This document shows positions 9,928 to 19,741 of a stretch of DNA of 64,000 bases, in pieces. The position numbers were made by a program, and so were the translations under genes. Below the pieces are notes generated by a model that was given only the letters and a program-made list of their open reading frames with translations, was not told where the DNA came from and did no database searches. Origin of the DNA: Acidobacteriota bacterium (lineage in GTDB: Bacteria > Acidobacteriota > UBA6911 > RPQK01 > JAJDTT01); NCBI GenBank assembly GCA_965209055.1, contig OZ242374.1, forward strand, positions 2,656,001 through 2,720,000. Reading direction: 5' to 3'. The first letter of the stretch is position 1. The number at the start of each line of letters is the position of its first letter.

Positions 9928-11049
9928 TCAGACCCGGACCCGTGCCCAGTGGACGCTGAGGCGGCGTTCGTTCTCGCCGGCGTAGTAGGCGAGCAGAAGC
10001 AGATCGTCTTCCAACAGGACCGCTGCAGGGTGCCCGAAGGTCCACTTCACCATGTCGTCCCAGAACCCGCTCAGATCCTCCCGATCGCCCATACCCCGCT
10101 CTTTGGGCCCTCCTGAGGCGTAGACGATCATCTCCTCCGACAGATCCCAGGTCCTGCCCCCATCCCGCGACAGCACCAACCGCAGGCTGGCCGGAGGGTG
10201 GCGGTGAACGTAGAAGAGCCCCAGCCGGCCGTCGGGCAACGGCACCGGGACGGCGATCTGCCCCCGGATCCCCGAGGAGAAAGGGGGCTCCCAAGTCAGA
10301 GTCTCCGGGTCTCCCCACGACAAGTGGATCTCCAGGTCCCTCCGTGAGAGGCGGTCGTAGGTCCAGAAGGCGGCCACCGGACTTCCCGTCCGCGGGCAGA
10401 CGGCCTGGCGCTGGTCGTAGAAGAAGAGGCGGTCCGACGGATCTCTGGCCACGTCGATGACCTGATTGAAGATCCCCTCCTCCTCCGCCAGCAGGGCATG
10501 AGCCGAGTGGAGGCTCGGCCCTCCCGGCACTTCCGGTTCCTGCCGTTCGAACGGCACCACCCAACCGCGGCCCGGAACCCGGATCGGGCTTCCGCCAAGC
10601 ACCGGAAAGTTCCACGGCGACGTGTCGAGGACCTCGTATCCGGACCAGGTCGCGCCTCCATCCGTGGAGCGCGCCCGGATGATGCGGCACGGCGCCACGT
10701 GATCTCCCTCGCTGTCGTACAAGGGCCGCACGCCCGACCGGTGAAGCCAGGTGAGAAATGCCAGCAGGGTGCCGTCGGATAGAGGAATGATCTCCGCCGA
10801 CCGCACCTCTCCCGGGACGCCCGTAAAACCGGGACGAAAGCTGTCGGAGACGATCTGCCAATGTCGGCCTCCGTCGGCACTGGAGGCGATCAGGCAGTTG
10901 CCGTCCGCCGACTCCTTGTCGCTTCCGCGGCGGAAGGTGGCCAGCACTCGTCCGGTCGGCAGCCGGCAGAGGGAGGTGAAGCAATGGGACCTCTTGCCTC
11001 CCACCAAATTCTCGGCATCGACGATGGTGCCCCTCTCCACGATTTCCAT
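9928..11049 (-). CDS. Sialidase-like BNR-repeat protein
   Basis: Asp-boxes SADGGRHW, STDGGATW and SRDGGRTW. Start at MEIVERG. Confidence 0.85.
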   Translation of the reverse strand: MEIVERGTIVDAENLVGGKRSHCFTSLCRLPTGRVLATFRRGSDKESADGNCLIASSADGGRHWQIVSDSFRPGFTGVPGEVRSAEIIPLSDGTLLAFLTWLHRSGVRPLYDSEGDHVAPCRIIRARSTDGGATWSGYEVLDTSPWNFPVLGGSPIRVPGRGWVVPFERQEPEVPGGPSLHSAHALLAEEEGIFNQVIDVARDPSDRLFFYDQRQAVCPRTGSPVAAFWTYDRLSRRDLEIHLSWGDPETLTWEPPFSSGIRGQIAVPVPLPDGRLGLFYVHRHPPASLRLVLSRDGGRTWDLSEEMIVYASGGPKERGMGDREDLSGFWDDMVKWTFGHPAAVLLEDDLLLLAYYAGENERRLSVHWARVRV

Positions 11050-11066
11050 GGCGGTCTCCGTGCTCC

Positions 11067-12260
11067 CTACCCGGCGACGCGGTAGATTCGCGCCGCATTC
11101 CCTCCCAGGACCAGACTGCGGTCCTCGTCGGTCATGAACTCGGTGTGGTGGCGGATGGTGTCGATGCACTGCTTGTAGGTGCAGGCTCGCCCCGCCCAGG
11201 GCATGTCGGCTCCCCAGACCATCACCCGGGCCCCGAAGCGCTCGTAGATTCTCCGGATCATCTCCTTGTGCCGCGGGTAGGGGAATTCCGAATCTCTCGC
11301 TCCCCAGACCGCCTCGTTCTCCCAGGCCAGGACGTAGCCGAACTCCAGGTGGAAGTTGCCCAGCTTGAAGAGCTCGAAGAACTCGGTCGGGTTGTCCACG
11401 TGGTTGGGGTCGGAGGGCGGCAGCACGTTGCTGCCCTGGTGAGCGTTCACCACCTGCAGTTCCGGGAACCGGCGACAGACGTTTTCGATCTCTCCGATCT
11501 CCCGGAGGTAGTCCGCCTTGGAGTTGAAGCCGGTGTCCAGAAAGACCGGGATCTTCAAGCGGACGCAGGCCTTCCAGAGGGCGTCGGCGCGGGAGTCGTC
11601 CCGGGGCTGCCCCTTGGGCATGTGGGAGCAGAGTCCACGATATCCGAGCTCTTCGACGGCTCGTTTCAGGGTTTCCAACTCGCCCGCCAAATGCCGGTCG
11701 TCCTTGGTCAGGTCGTAGTCGATGTCGGTGGTACCGATGAAACGGTCGGGCCAGCGGCGAATGCAATCGGCGTAGTAGACTTCCCGACCCCACACCTTGG
11801 CCATGTATCCGGTCTGGATCACTCCCATGTCCACGCCCACGATGTCCATGTGGGCCAACATCTGCTCGGGCTCATGGATGGGGTCGGTCATGGTCTGGGG
11901 CCCGCGGCGGATCCAGCAGTCCTCACCATGTTTCCGCCATCTCCAGATGCCGTATTTTCCCTGTGTGAACCCGACCTCCTCGTCCGGTTCCGGGATGTAC
12001 TTGGGATCGGTGTGGCTGGCGACGAACCTCCCCCAGAGGCTCCGGACGGCGCCCTGCATGATGCGACTGTGTGTATTCGGGTCGTCGTATCCCAGGGCTC
12101 CGGTCTGGTCGGGAAAGACGTGCAGGTGATGGTCGATGACCAGGGAGCGCCTGGGGGTTTCGGGGGAGCAACCCGAGGCCGTCCAGCTTCCGGCGAGACC
12201 GGGGACCGCCAGAGCGGCCGATCCGGTCAGAAAACGGCGTCGATCCAGGTCCTGATTCAT
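11067..12260 (-). CDS. Tat-exported amidohydrolase_2 family protein
   Basis: DRRRFL Tat motif, IDHHLH, WGADMP, VLGGNAARIY. Confidence 0.85.
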   Translation of the reverse strand: MNQDLDRRRFLTGSAALAVPGLAGSWTASGCSPETPRRSLVIDHHLHVFPDQTGALGYDDPNTHSRIMQGAVRSLWGRFVASHTDPKYIPEPDEEVGFTQGKYGIWRWRKHGEDCWIRRGPQTMTDPIHEPEQMLAHMDIVGVDMGVIQTGYMAKVWGREVYYADCIRRWPDRFIGTTDIDYDLTKDDRHLAGELETLKRAVEELGYRGLCSHMPKGQPRDDSRADALWKACVRLKIPVFLDTGFNSKADYLREIGEIENVCRRFPELQVVNAHQGSNVLPPSDPNHVDNPTEFFELFKLGNFHLEFGYVLAWENEAVWGARDSEFPYPRHKEMIRRIYERFGARVMVWGADMPWAGRACTYKQCIDTIRHHTEFMTDEDRSLVLGGNAARIYRVAG

Positions 12261-12387
12261 GGCAGCGGTTCCTCTTGGTTCTTCAGTTTCAGATATCTTG
12301 TGCCCTCGCGGAACGTGACCTATCATGATGGACGGTCGGCCGCAAGCGAGCGTGCCGGGACTCCGAGACGCCAACGGGAGGGAATCC

Positions 12388-13491
12388 ATGGACGCCATCG
12401 ACTACGGCATTTTCATCATGCCCTTTCACCCCGCGGACAAGCCTCGGGCGCAATGCCATGAAGAAGATTTGGAGCTGATCGTTCGGGCCGAGGACCTCGG
12501 GTTCAGCGAGTTCTGGATCGGTGAGCATCACACCATGAAATACGAGAACATCGTGATGCCCGAGATCTTCATCGCCCGGGCCTTGGGGGAGACCAGCCGG
12601 ATTCGGCTGGGCCCGGCTCCGGTCTGTCTCAACCAGCACCATCCGGCCCACGTGGCCTGCCGGCTGGCATTTCTGGATGACCTTTCCAAGGGGCGGCTCA
12701 ATCTCTGCTTCGGCCCGGGCAGCGTGCCGGCGGATCAGATATTGTACGGCGCGGAGCCCAAGAACGCCGCGAAGATGGCGGCCGAAGCCACCGACATCAT
12801 CTTGAAGCTCTGGGAATCGGATCCTCCGTATGAGTACGACGGGGAATTCTGGTCCATCCGCCTCGACGATCACGTCGACGAGGAGACGGGAGTCGGCTTC
12901 ATTCCCAAGCCGTTCCAGCGGCCTCATCCCCCCATCGCGGCGCCGGGCACGAGCCGCAATTCGGGGACCATGAAGGCAGCGGGAAAAAGAGGATTTCAGC
13001 CCTTCGGACATTGCCTGGTGACGTCCAACGTACTGCGGGATTTATGGGAGACCTACGAAGAAGCCGCTCTGGAGGCAGGGCGCACGCCGGACCGGAAGGA
13101 CTTCAAGATCGCGCGATCCATCTTCCTGGCCGACAGCACCAAGGAGGCGCGCGCGCGCGCCCGGACCAATTCGGTAGCCGCCAACTACGAATACATCGGC
13201 GGACTCCTGGACAAGGGACCGGGACGCGCGATGTACAAGCGGGACCTCGACATGAGCGACGCCGATTGCAATCTGGATTTTCTCATGACCGAGCAGATTA
13301 TCGCCGGAGACGTGGACGAAGTGCTGCGCCGCCTGTTGCTCATGGTGGAGGAGACCGGTTCCTTCGGCACCCTGATCCTCATGTGCTACGACTGGGACGA
13401 CAAGGCAAGTTGGCTCCGCAACCTGGAGCTTTTCGCCAAGGAGCTCATGCCTCGGTTGAACCGGGCGGTCGGCGCGCCAGCAGTTGCCTGA
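12388..13491 (+). CDS. Luciferase-like (LLM) flavin-dependent monooxygenase
   Basis: GIFIMPFHP, WIGEHH, IRLGPA, LDDLSKGR, PFQRPHPP, LELFAKELMP. Confidence 0.92.
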   Translation: MDAIDYGIFIMPFHPADKPRAQCHEEDLELIVRAEDLGFSEFWIGEHHTMKYENIVMPEIFIARALGETSRIRLGPAPVCLNQHHPAHVACRLAFLDDLSKGRLNLCFGPGSVPADQILYGAEPKNAAKMAAEATDIILKLWESDPPYEYDGEFWSIRLDDHVDEETGVGFIPKPFQRPHPPIAAPGTSRNSGTMKAAGKRGFQPFGHCLVTSNVLRDLWETYEEAALEAGRTPDRKDFKIARSIFLADSTKEARARARTNSVAANYEYIGGLLDKGPGRAMYKRDLDMSDADCNLDFLMTEQIIAGDVDEVLRRLLLMVEETGSFGTLILMCYDWDDKASWLRNLELFAKELMPRLNRAVGAPAVA

Positions 13492-13536
13492 GCGCCTGAA
13501 TGAGCCCGCCGGGCCTGATCCAAAACCCCTGAAACA

Positions 13537-14715
13537 ATGAAGCTGAATCAGGACGTCATCGATCGTGTGAACCGGGCCGTCCGCCCGGACCGGCTGACGG
13601 AATTGGCTGTCGACCTCATCCGGATCCCCAGCCCTACCCAGCACGCCGCCGCGGTAGCGGACCGTTTGGCGGAGGTTCTGGCGGCCGAAGGTTTCGAAGT
13701 CGGCCGGCCGGAGGCCGCATGGCCCCGGTCCCCGGCCGTGGTCACCCGGTACGAATCGGGGGTTGCGGGACGAACCCTCCAGTTCAACGGCCACCTGGAT
13801 ACGGTGCATCTTCCCTTCGTTCCTCCCCGCATCGAGGACGGAATCCTCTACGGGAGCGGGGCCTCCGACATGAAAGCCGGCGTAGCCGCCATGTGCGAGG
13901 CTCTGCTGGCGGTTCGGGATTCGCACGTCTTGGAGGCCGGAGGAATCCTGCTCACGGCTCACGACCTGCACGAGGCTCCATGGGGCCGGGGCCAGCAGTT
14001 GACGGCGCTGATCGATGAGGGGTATGTGGGAGACGCCGCGCTGTTGCCGGAATACCTCTCCAATATTCTCCCGGTCGTGGGCCGGGGCATGGCCAACGTC
14101 GAGGTGACCCTCAGCCGGGAGGGAACCCCGGTGCATGAGGTTCTGGGGGGCTTGGGGCAGCCTCGGGTCATCGTCGCCGGCGCGGACCTGGTGAACCGGC
14201 TCGAGACCCTCGACCGGAGCTTGACCGGCAGGACGCATCCCCTGGCCGGGCGGGAGAGCGTCTTCGTCGGCAAGGTCGCGGGGGGAGAGATCTACAACCA
14301 GTCGCCCACCGAGTTTCGGCTCGCCGGCACCTGCAGGTGGTTGCCGGGGACGGCCGTTGACCAGGTTCGAAAACGGTTTCTGGAGGCCGTCGACGGGATG
14401 GAGACACCGTCCGGAATCCAGGTTGATGCCCGGTTTCACTACCGGCGGGACGCCTTCGAGATGGACCTGGAGCATCCCCTGGTCGGCGCGTTCGAGGATT
14501 CCTGCCGGGCAGTCATGGGCCGAACATTGCCGCATGGCGCCAAGCCCTTCATCGACGACGGCAATACCCTGGGGGAGCTGGCCGGTATCGAGACCATCAC
14601 CCACGGTCCGCGGGCCACGGGGGCTCACACGACGGGGGAGCAGGTTCCGGTGGATGACCTGATCCGGGTGGCCAAAGTCTACGCCTGCGCCGCGGTTGCG
14701 TTCTGCGCCGGGTAG
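13537..14715 (+). CDS. M20 family metallopeptidase/deacylase (ArgE/DapE-like)
   Basis: FNGHLDTV, GSGASDMKAG, GAHTTGE. Confidence 0.9.
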   Translation: MKLNQDVIDRVNRAVRPDRLTELAVDLIRIPSPTQHAAAVADRLAEVLAAEGFEVGRPEAAWPRSPAVVTRYESGVAGRTLQFNGHLDTVHLPFVPPRIEDGILYGSGASDMKAGVAAMCEALLAVRDSHVLEAGGILLTAHDLHEAPWGRGQQLTALIDEGYVGDAALLPEYLSNILPVVGRGMANVEVTLSREGTPVHEVLGGLGQPRVIVAGADLVNRLETLDRSLTGRTHPLAGRESVFVGKVAGGEIYNQSPTEFRLAGTCRWLPGTAVDQVRKRFLEAVDGMETPSGIQVDARFHYRRDAFEMDLEHPLVGAFEDSCRAVMGRTLPHGAKPFIDDGNTLGELAGIETITHGPRATGAHTTGEQVPVDDLIRVAKVYACAAVAFCAG

Positions 14716-14780
14716 GAGCGGCGGTTTTCTAACCGCCGTATTCGAAATGAGGAACGGGCGACGGGAAGTCGCCCCTCCTT
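14712..14780. repeat. Inverted pair of REP-like palindromes
   Basis: GTAGGAGCGGCGGTTTTCTAACCGCC followed by GGGCGACGGGAAGTCGCCCCTCCTT (rc AAGGAGGGGCGACTTCCCGTCGCCC). Confidence 0.6.
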
Positions 14781-14805
14781 TTTCTTTGATAGAAGAGAGG
14801 CAAGT

Positions 14806-16236
14806 GTGAAAGACAAAGAATCGTACGCATCGCGGGGGTCACAGGAGCCGGAAGTGGCGGCCCGGACCGAATCCATTCCTCCAGAAAGGACGGGAGAGGA
14901 GCAGTTCCTGCGGCAAATCCTGGTGCGGGCTCAGATGAGCGAGTTTGCCGAGGATCCTTTCATCATGTCCCGGGCCAACGGTGTCCATTACTGGGACGTT
15001 CACGGCAAGCGGTATCTGGACGGGATCTCGGGAATCTACGTGGTATCCGTGGGACACTCCAATCCGCGGGTCACGGACGCGATACGCCGCCAGATGGAGG
15101 TGTTGCATTTCTCCCCCACCATGCACGGCAGCAACACTCTCGCCGTCGAGCTGGCCAATCGCCTGGTGGCCGTCGCTCCGGGAGACCTGGAAGCGGTGAA
15201 GTTTTTGAGCGGAGGATCGGAGGCGACCGAAGCGGCCATCACCATGGCTCGCCAGTACCATCGTCTGTCCGGAAACCCGGGCAAGTACAAGATCATCTCC
15301 CGCTACCAATCCTGGCATGGCTCGACTATGGGGTCACTTTCCGCATCGGGACTGACCAGCCGGCGGACCATGAGAGAACCATTGGCCCCGGGGTTCATCC
15401 ACGTCTTTCCCCCCACCTGTTACCGCTGTCCCTTCGGCATGGAGTACCGTGATTGTGGAACTCTATGCGCCAAATTGGTCGGCGACGTGATCGAGAATGA
15501 AGGTCCTGAGACCGTCGCTGCCGTCATCGTGGAGCCCATCGGCCACACCGGGGGCATTATTGAACCGACTGAGGACTACCTGCCCCTGTTGCGGGAAATC
15601 TGCGACCGTCACAACGTCCTTCTCATCTTCGACGAGATCATCACGGGGATGGGTCGAACCGGTCAGATGTTCGCCGCAGATACCTTCGGCGTAGTCCCCG
15701 ATCTCTTATGTGTGGGGAAGGGACTGTCTGGCGGCTACTCTCCATTGTCGGCGCTGCTCTGCCGCCGGCACATCGCCGATACTTTCTGGGGAGACCCGGC
15801 CACAAATCCCGGCTTCGTTGCCGGTCATACGTTCGAGGGGAACCCCATTTCATGCGTGGCCGGATTGGCGACTCTGGCGGAGATCGTAGACCGGGACCTC
15901 TGTGCCAATGCCCGGGAAGTGGGGGACCATCTCCGGCGCGGATTGGAGGGGCTCCGGCGACACGGCATCATCGGCGACATCCGGGGGCGAGGACTCTTCC
16001 TGGGGATTGAGTTCGTCCGGAATCCGGCAACCAAGGAACCCTTCTCCGACCGGATTTCCATCGGGAAGCGTATCGGCAAGAGAGCCCTGGAACATGGTTT
16101 GCTGACCCGGTTCGATCCCAACTGGATCGCACTGGGGCCGCCGCTCATTCTGACTTCCGCGGAGGCCGACCAGATCGTGGCGATCCTGGATCGAAGTATT
16201 GGAGAAATCCTCGACGAGTTGGAGGAGACACAGTGA
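14806..16236 (+). CDS. Class III PLP aminotransferase
   Basis: SGGSEATE, SWHGST, IFDEIITGMGRTG, VGKGLSGGY, GHTFEGNP. Confidence 0.93.
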   Translation: MKDKESYASRGSQEPEVAARTESIPPERTGEEQFLRQILVRAQMSEFAEDPFIMSRANGVHYWDVHGKRYLDGISGIYVVSVGHSNPRVTDAIRRQMEVLHFSPTMHGSNTLAVELANRLVAVAPGDLEAVKFLSGGSEATEAAITMARQYHRLSGNPGKYKIISRYQSWHGSTMGSLSASGLTSRRTMREPLAPGFIHVFPPTCYRCPFGMEYRDCGTLCAKLVGDVIENEGPETVAAVIVEPIGHTGGIIEPTEDYLPLLREICDRHNVLLIFDEIITGMGRTGQMFAADTFGVVPDLLCVGKGLSGGYSPLSALLCRRHIADTFWGDPATNPGFVAGHTFEGNPISCVAGLATLAEIVDRDLCANAREVGDHLRRGLEGLRRHGIIGDIRGRGLFLGIEFVRNPATKEPFSDRISIGKRIGKRALEHGLLTRFDPNWIALGPPLILTSAEADQIVAILDRSIGEILDELEETQ

Positions 16237-17408
16237 CGGACGGAGCCAAAAGCTACGATCTGCTCCTGAAGGGCGGGACCGTGATCGACCCGGCCAATGG
16301 CCGGCGAGGCCTCTTGGACGTGGCGGTGAAGGAGGGGCGGGTGGCGGCCGTGGCCCGCGACCTTCCGGTCCACGGTTCGGCCGAGGTGCTGGACGCGTCC
16401 GGCCTCCTGGTCGTGCCTGGCCTCATCGACCTGCACACGCACGTCTACGAAGGCGTCTCCTTCCTGGGGATCGAGGCGGACGAACTCTGTCCCCGCACCG
16501 GGGTCACCACCGTCGTCGATACCGGGTCCGCCGGCTGGATCAACTACAAGGGTCTGGAACGGTATGTGATTGAGCCCTCCGAGACTCGGATCTTCGGTTA
16601 CGTGAACCTCTCCGGTGTGGGTCTCCCCTCGCGCCGGGGGGAACTGGTTCACCATGACTATCTGGACGCCGGCGAGTGCGCCGAGTGCGTCCTTCGCCAT
16701 CCCGAGACGGCCCTGGGCGTCAAGGTCCGTCTCTACGAGGGAGTGGCCGGAACCATGGACCTCCGGGACGTCCTCAAGGCTTCCCTGGACGCGGCGAAGG
16801 AATGCGGCAAGCCGCTCATGATTCACATCAGCGGGTCGGACGTGACGTTGGAGGACCTGCTTCCGCCCCTTCGAACCGGCGACGTGGTGACCCACTGTTG
16901 CCACGGGATCGGGGCCGCGTCGATCCTGGACGGGGAGGGGCGAATCCTCCCCGTGGTCCGGGACGCCCGGGAGCGCGGGATCCTGTTCGACGTGGGCCAC
17001 GGCGTGGGCAGCTTCGCCTTCCGCATCGCCCGCCGGGCGGTGGCCGAGGGGTTCCTGCCGGACACTATCAGCACCGACATCCACACCCTGTGCATCAACT
17101 ACCCCGTCTACGACCTCCCCACCACCCTGTCCAAGTTTCTGGGCCTGGGCCTCTCACTGGAGGAGGTGATCGAACGGGCCACCATCGAACCGGCCCGGAT
17201 CATCGGCATCGACTCCCATCTGGGACACCTGAGCGTGGGCGCCACTGCCGACATCGCGGTGCTGGAGTTGGAGGAGGGCCGGTTCTCCTTCTTCGACGTG
17301 GAGCACGAGAAGATGGTCGGGCCGGAGAGGCTGGTCTGCAGGGCCACCATCAAGGACGGAAAGGTCTGGTGGCGCGCCGGTGAGGACGATCAGACGGCAG
17401 AAGGGTGA
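16233..17408 (+). CDS. Amidohydrolase/deacetylase (dihydroorotase-like) metallohydrolase
   Basis: PGLIDLHTH, GVTTVVDTGSAG, LMIHI, FDVGHG, TISTDIH. Overlaps the upstream stop (GTGA). Confidence 0.9.
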   Translation: MTDGAKSYDLLLKGGTVIDPANGRRGLLDVAVKEGRVAAVARDLPVHGSAEVLDASGLLVVPGLIDLHTHVYEGVSFLGIEADELCPRTGVTTVVDTGSAGWINYKGLERYVIEPSETRIFGYVNLSGVGLPSRRGELVHHDYLDAGECAECVLRHPETALGVKVRLYEGVAGTMDLRDVLKASLDAAKECGKPLMIHISGSDVTLEDLLPPLRTGDVVTHCCHGIGAASILDGEGRILPVVRDARERGILFDVGHGVGSFAFRIARRAVAEGFLPDTISTDIHTLCINYPVYDLPTTLSKFLGLGLSLEEVIERATIEPARIIGIDSHLGHLSVGATADIAVLELEEGRFSFFDVEHEKMVGPERLVCRATIKDGKVWWRAGEDDQTAEG

Positions 17409-17417
17409 CCTCCCGCT

Positions 17418-18341
17418 TCAAAGAACCCCCAACCCATTGAGATGATCCCGTAGTCTCTCCATCTCCCGGTCGGTCAGGGAATAGTGGGGTTTGCGCCTCC
17501 ACCGGCCGGCGATGCCGTAGATCTCCAGCATGCCGTGCAGTCCCGCGTCGAACCCGCCCTGCAGTTTCGCCAGATAGTCGAACAGCGGCATGTCGCACGT
17601 CTCGATCACCTCTCTGGCCTGAGCCAGGTTCCCCTCCTGAATGGCGGACCAGTAGCGGCGGGCGATCCGGGGACGGAAGCCGATGTAGGTCGACATGTAT
17701 CCGTCGCAGCCGTAAGGGTGCAGATCCAGATGATTCTGCTTGTGGCCGCCGGAGAACACGGCCCAATGCTCGTGCACCAGCAGGCACATGCGCCGTGCGA
17801 ACTGCCCGAGGAAGTCATTCTTGATGGCCACGATCCCCGCGACTCTCTCCACCAGGACCTTCAGGGTCTCGAGCCCGAAGTCGCTCCCCCGGGGGATAAA
17901 GAGATTGGTCACCAACATCACCGGGATCTCCCGGGCCACGGCGCCGTAGTGTTCCACCAGGGTCCGGGTGGTGCAGGAACCGGCCCAGTCGGGCGGGAGC
18001 ACCATCAGGACGTCGGCGCCCACCCCGCGGACATGGCGGGCGAATTCCACCGCACGGCTCGTGGAGTGACGGCGGTCCGCGGCGACCACCAGCGCGCGTC
18101 CGGCGGTCTGCTCGACGGTAACGCGCGTGACCTCAGCGATCTCGGAGTCGCTCAGGATGTGGAAGTGACTGTCCCCTGCCGTCAGGAGCGCGGTGCCGGC
18201 CCCGTTTTGGATATTGCGCTCGATGTGGTTCCTGAGACCGTTGTAATCCACACCGCCATCCCTGTTGAAGGGAGTGCGGATTGATCCGAAAGGCCCCGTC
18301 AGCGCCGCCCGGATCTCCTGCCGAATCAGCTTTGGCTTCAT
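17418..18341 (-). CDS. Dihydrodipicolinate synthase-family aldolase/lyase
   Basis: IRTPFNRDGGVDY, GADVLMVLPP, Schiff-base Lys in AIKND. Confidence 0.85.
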   Translation of the reverse strand: MKPKLIRQEIRAALTGPFGSIRTPFNRDGGVDYNGLRNHIERNIQNGAGTALLTAGDSHFHILSDSEIAEVTRVTVEQTAGRALVVAADRRHSTSRAVEFARHVRGVGADVLMVLPPDWAGSCTTRTLVEHYGAVAREIPVMLVTNLFIPRGSDFGLETLKVLVERVAGIVAIKNDFLGQFARRMCLLVHEHWAVFSGGHKQNHLDLHPYGCDGYMSTYIGFRPRIARRYWSAIQEGNLAQAREVIETCDMPLFDYLAKLQGGFDAGLHGMLEIYGIAGRWRRKPHYSLTDREMERLRDHLNGLGVL

Positions 18342-18449
18342 TACAGCGTCTCCTATTCTGAGGCCGGGTCAGTAGCCGGCGTGCTTGTGGACCAGTCCTT
18401 CCAGCCGTTCTGCCCGGCGAAATCGTCTCAGATTCCCAAAGATCAGGTC

Positions 18450-18584
18450 CAGCCCACTTGGCGCAGACAGCCGAAAGAAAAGGGACAGCCCACTTGGCGG
18501 AAAGCAGCCGAAAGAAAAGGGACAGCCCACTTGGCGAACGCACTCGCGGAACGGAACGGATACGGAACGGAAAAGGGACAGTCT
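18450..18584 (+). repeat. Tandem 36-37 bp repeats containing AAAAGGGACAG (left flank of RAYT unit)
   Basis: cagcccacttggcg at 18450, 18486 and 18523. AAAAGGGACAG occurs three times. Confidence 0.9.
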
Positions 18585-18685
18585 CTATTTCGGTTCGTCC
18601 TTCCCGGTTCTGGATCGTTGTTGTCATCAGGGGCGCGAATCGCCTCCACTGGGAGTCCGATCCCGAAACCCGGAGGACCACGACC

Positions 18686-19645
18686 ATGGCCCGAACTGCC
18701 CGACACAAGAGCTCAGAAGCCGCCTTCTATCACGTCACCAATCGAGTCGTCGGCCGGCCCGGCTGGTTCCCCTTCAGGAATCGCCAGTCCCGTCTCAAAC
18801 TCCTGCACATGATGTTGTTCTACGTGAACGCCTACCGCTGTCGCCTGGCTGCCTACCAGATCATGGACAATCACTTCCACCTCGTCGTCCATTTCGAGAA
18901 GTTCCGCTCCCTGTCCGGTAAGGAGCTGGAGGACCATGCCGGGCAGTTCTATGGACACCGGGCGGAAGAGGTCACTGGCGATTGGACCGACACCCAATGG
19001 AAGTCCTTCAATCGGCGGCTGTTCGACCTGTCGAGACTGATGGCCGACCTGGACGGACATTACGCACGGTGGTTCAACGACACGCATGAGCGGCGAGGTC
19101 ATCTCTGGGGCGATCGTTTCAAGAGTTCCGAACTGCTCGATGAACAGGCCGTCCAGGACGTCATACTCTACGTGGAGCTCAATCCGGTCCGAGCCGGACT
19201 GGTCCAGCGGCCCGGGCAGTGGAAGTGGGGCTCGGCCTGCTGGCGGCTCAACGGCCAGGATCAATATCTGATTCCACTGGGCGAGCTGTTTCCTGAGGAT
19301 CCCGGAGAGGAATTGTACAGCAGTTACCGGGCGCGGCTGTACCATCGAGGCGCGGTTCCCACCCGGGAGAACCAGGCCGCCATCCCCGACTGGATCCTCC
19401 ATCAGGAGGAGCGACGGGGATTCGCCCGCCCCGGCGGATTTCGTCGGCGTCTGCGTTTTCTGACTGACGGGCTGGCCGTGGGGCCGGCGGCGAAGGTGGC
19501 GCAACTGCTGGAGACCTATCGGCGGCAAGGTCGATATCGACGCCGCCGAAACCCCATCCCCCAACTGGGCGGAGCGCTGTATTCCCTGCGGATACATCCA
19601 CACAGATTCCAACGATATCCCAAGACGTCCCGGATTATCTATTAA
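18686..19645 (+). CDS. REP-associated tyrosine (Y1/HUH) transposase, native C-terminus replaced by an insertion
   Basis: FYHVTNR, AYQIMDNHFHL (HUH), GHLWGDRFKS, YVELNPVRAGL, WKWGS. The ORF runs into the inserted element after ..YSLR. Confidence 0.9.
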   Translation: MARTARHKSSEAAFYHVTNRVVGRPGWFPFRNRQSRLKLLHMMLFYVNAYRCRLAAYQIMDNHFHLVVHFEKFRSLSGKELEDHAGQFYGHRAEEVTGDWTDTQWKSFNRRLFDLSRLMADLDGHYARWFNDTHERRGHLWGDRFKSSELLDEQAVQDVILYVELNPVRAGLVQRPGQWKWGSACWRLNGQDQYLIPLGELFPEDPGEELYSSYRARLYHRGAVPTRENQAAIPDWILHQEERRGFARPGGFRRRLRFLTDGLAVGPAAKVAQLLETYRRQGRYRRRRNPIPQLGGALYSLRIHPHRFQRYPKTSRIIY

Positions 19646-19741
19646 GTGGTGTAATTACTGCGAGTTAGATCTAATCTGGACCCGTTTCTCTTGCCCGAGA
19701 CGTCCCTTGATATCCAGCTCCATCCGCTATATTATGTGGTA

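Noticed and set aside
18450-18584. Possible CRISPR array (36-37 bp periodicity)
   Set aside because: The units are adjacent tandem repeats without unique spacers, and there are no cas genes.
18458-18685. N-terminal extension of the RAYT ORF
   Set aside because: It merely translates the tandem repeats. ATG 18686 has a GGAGG RBS and fits the family start.
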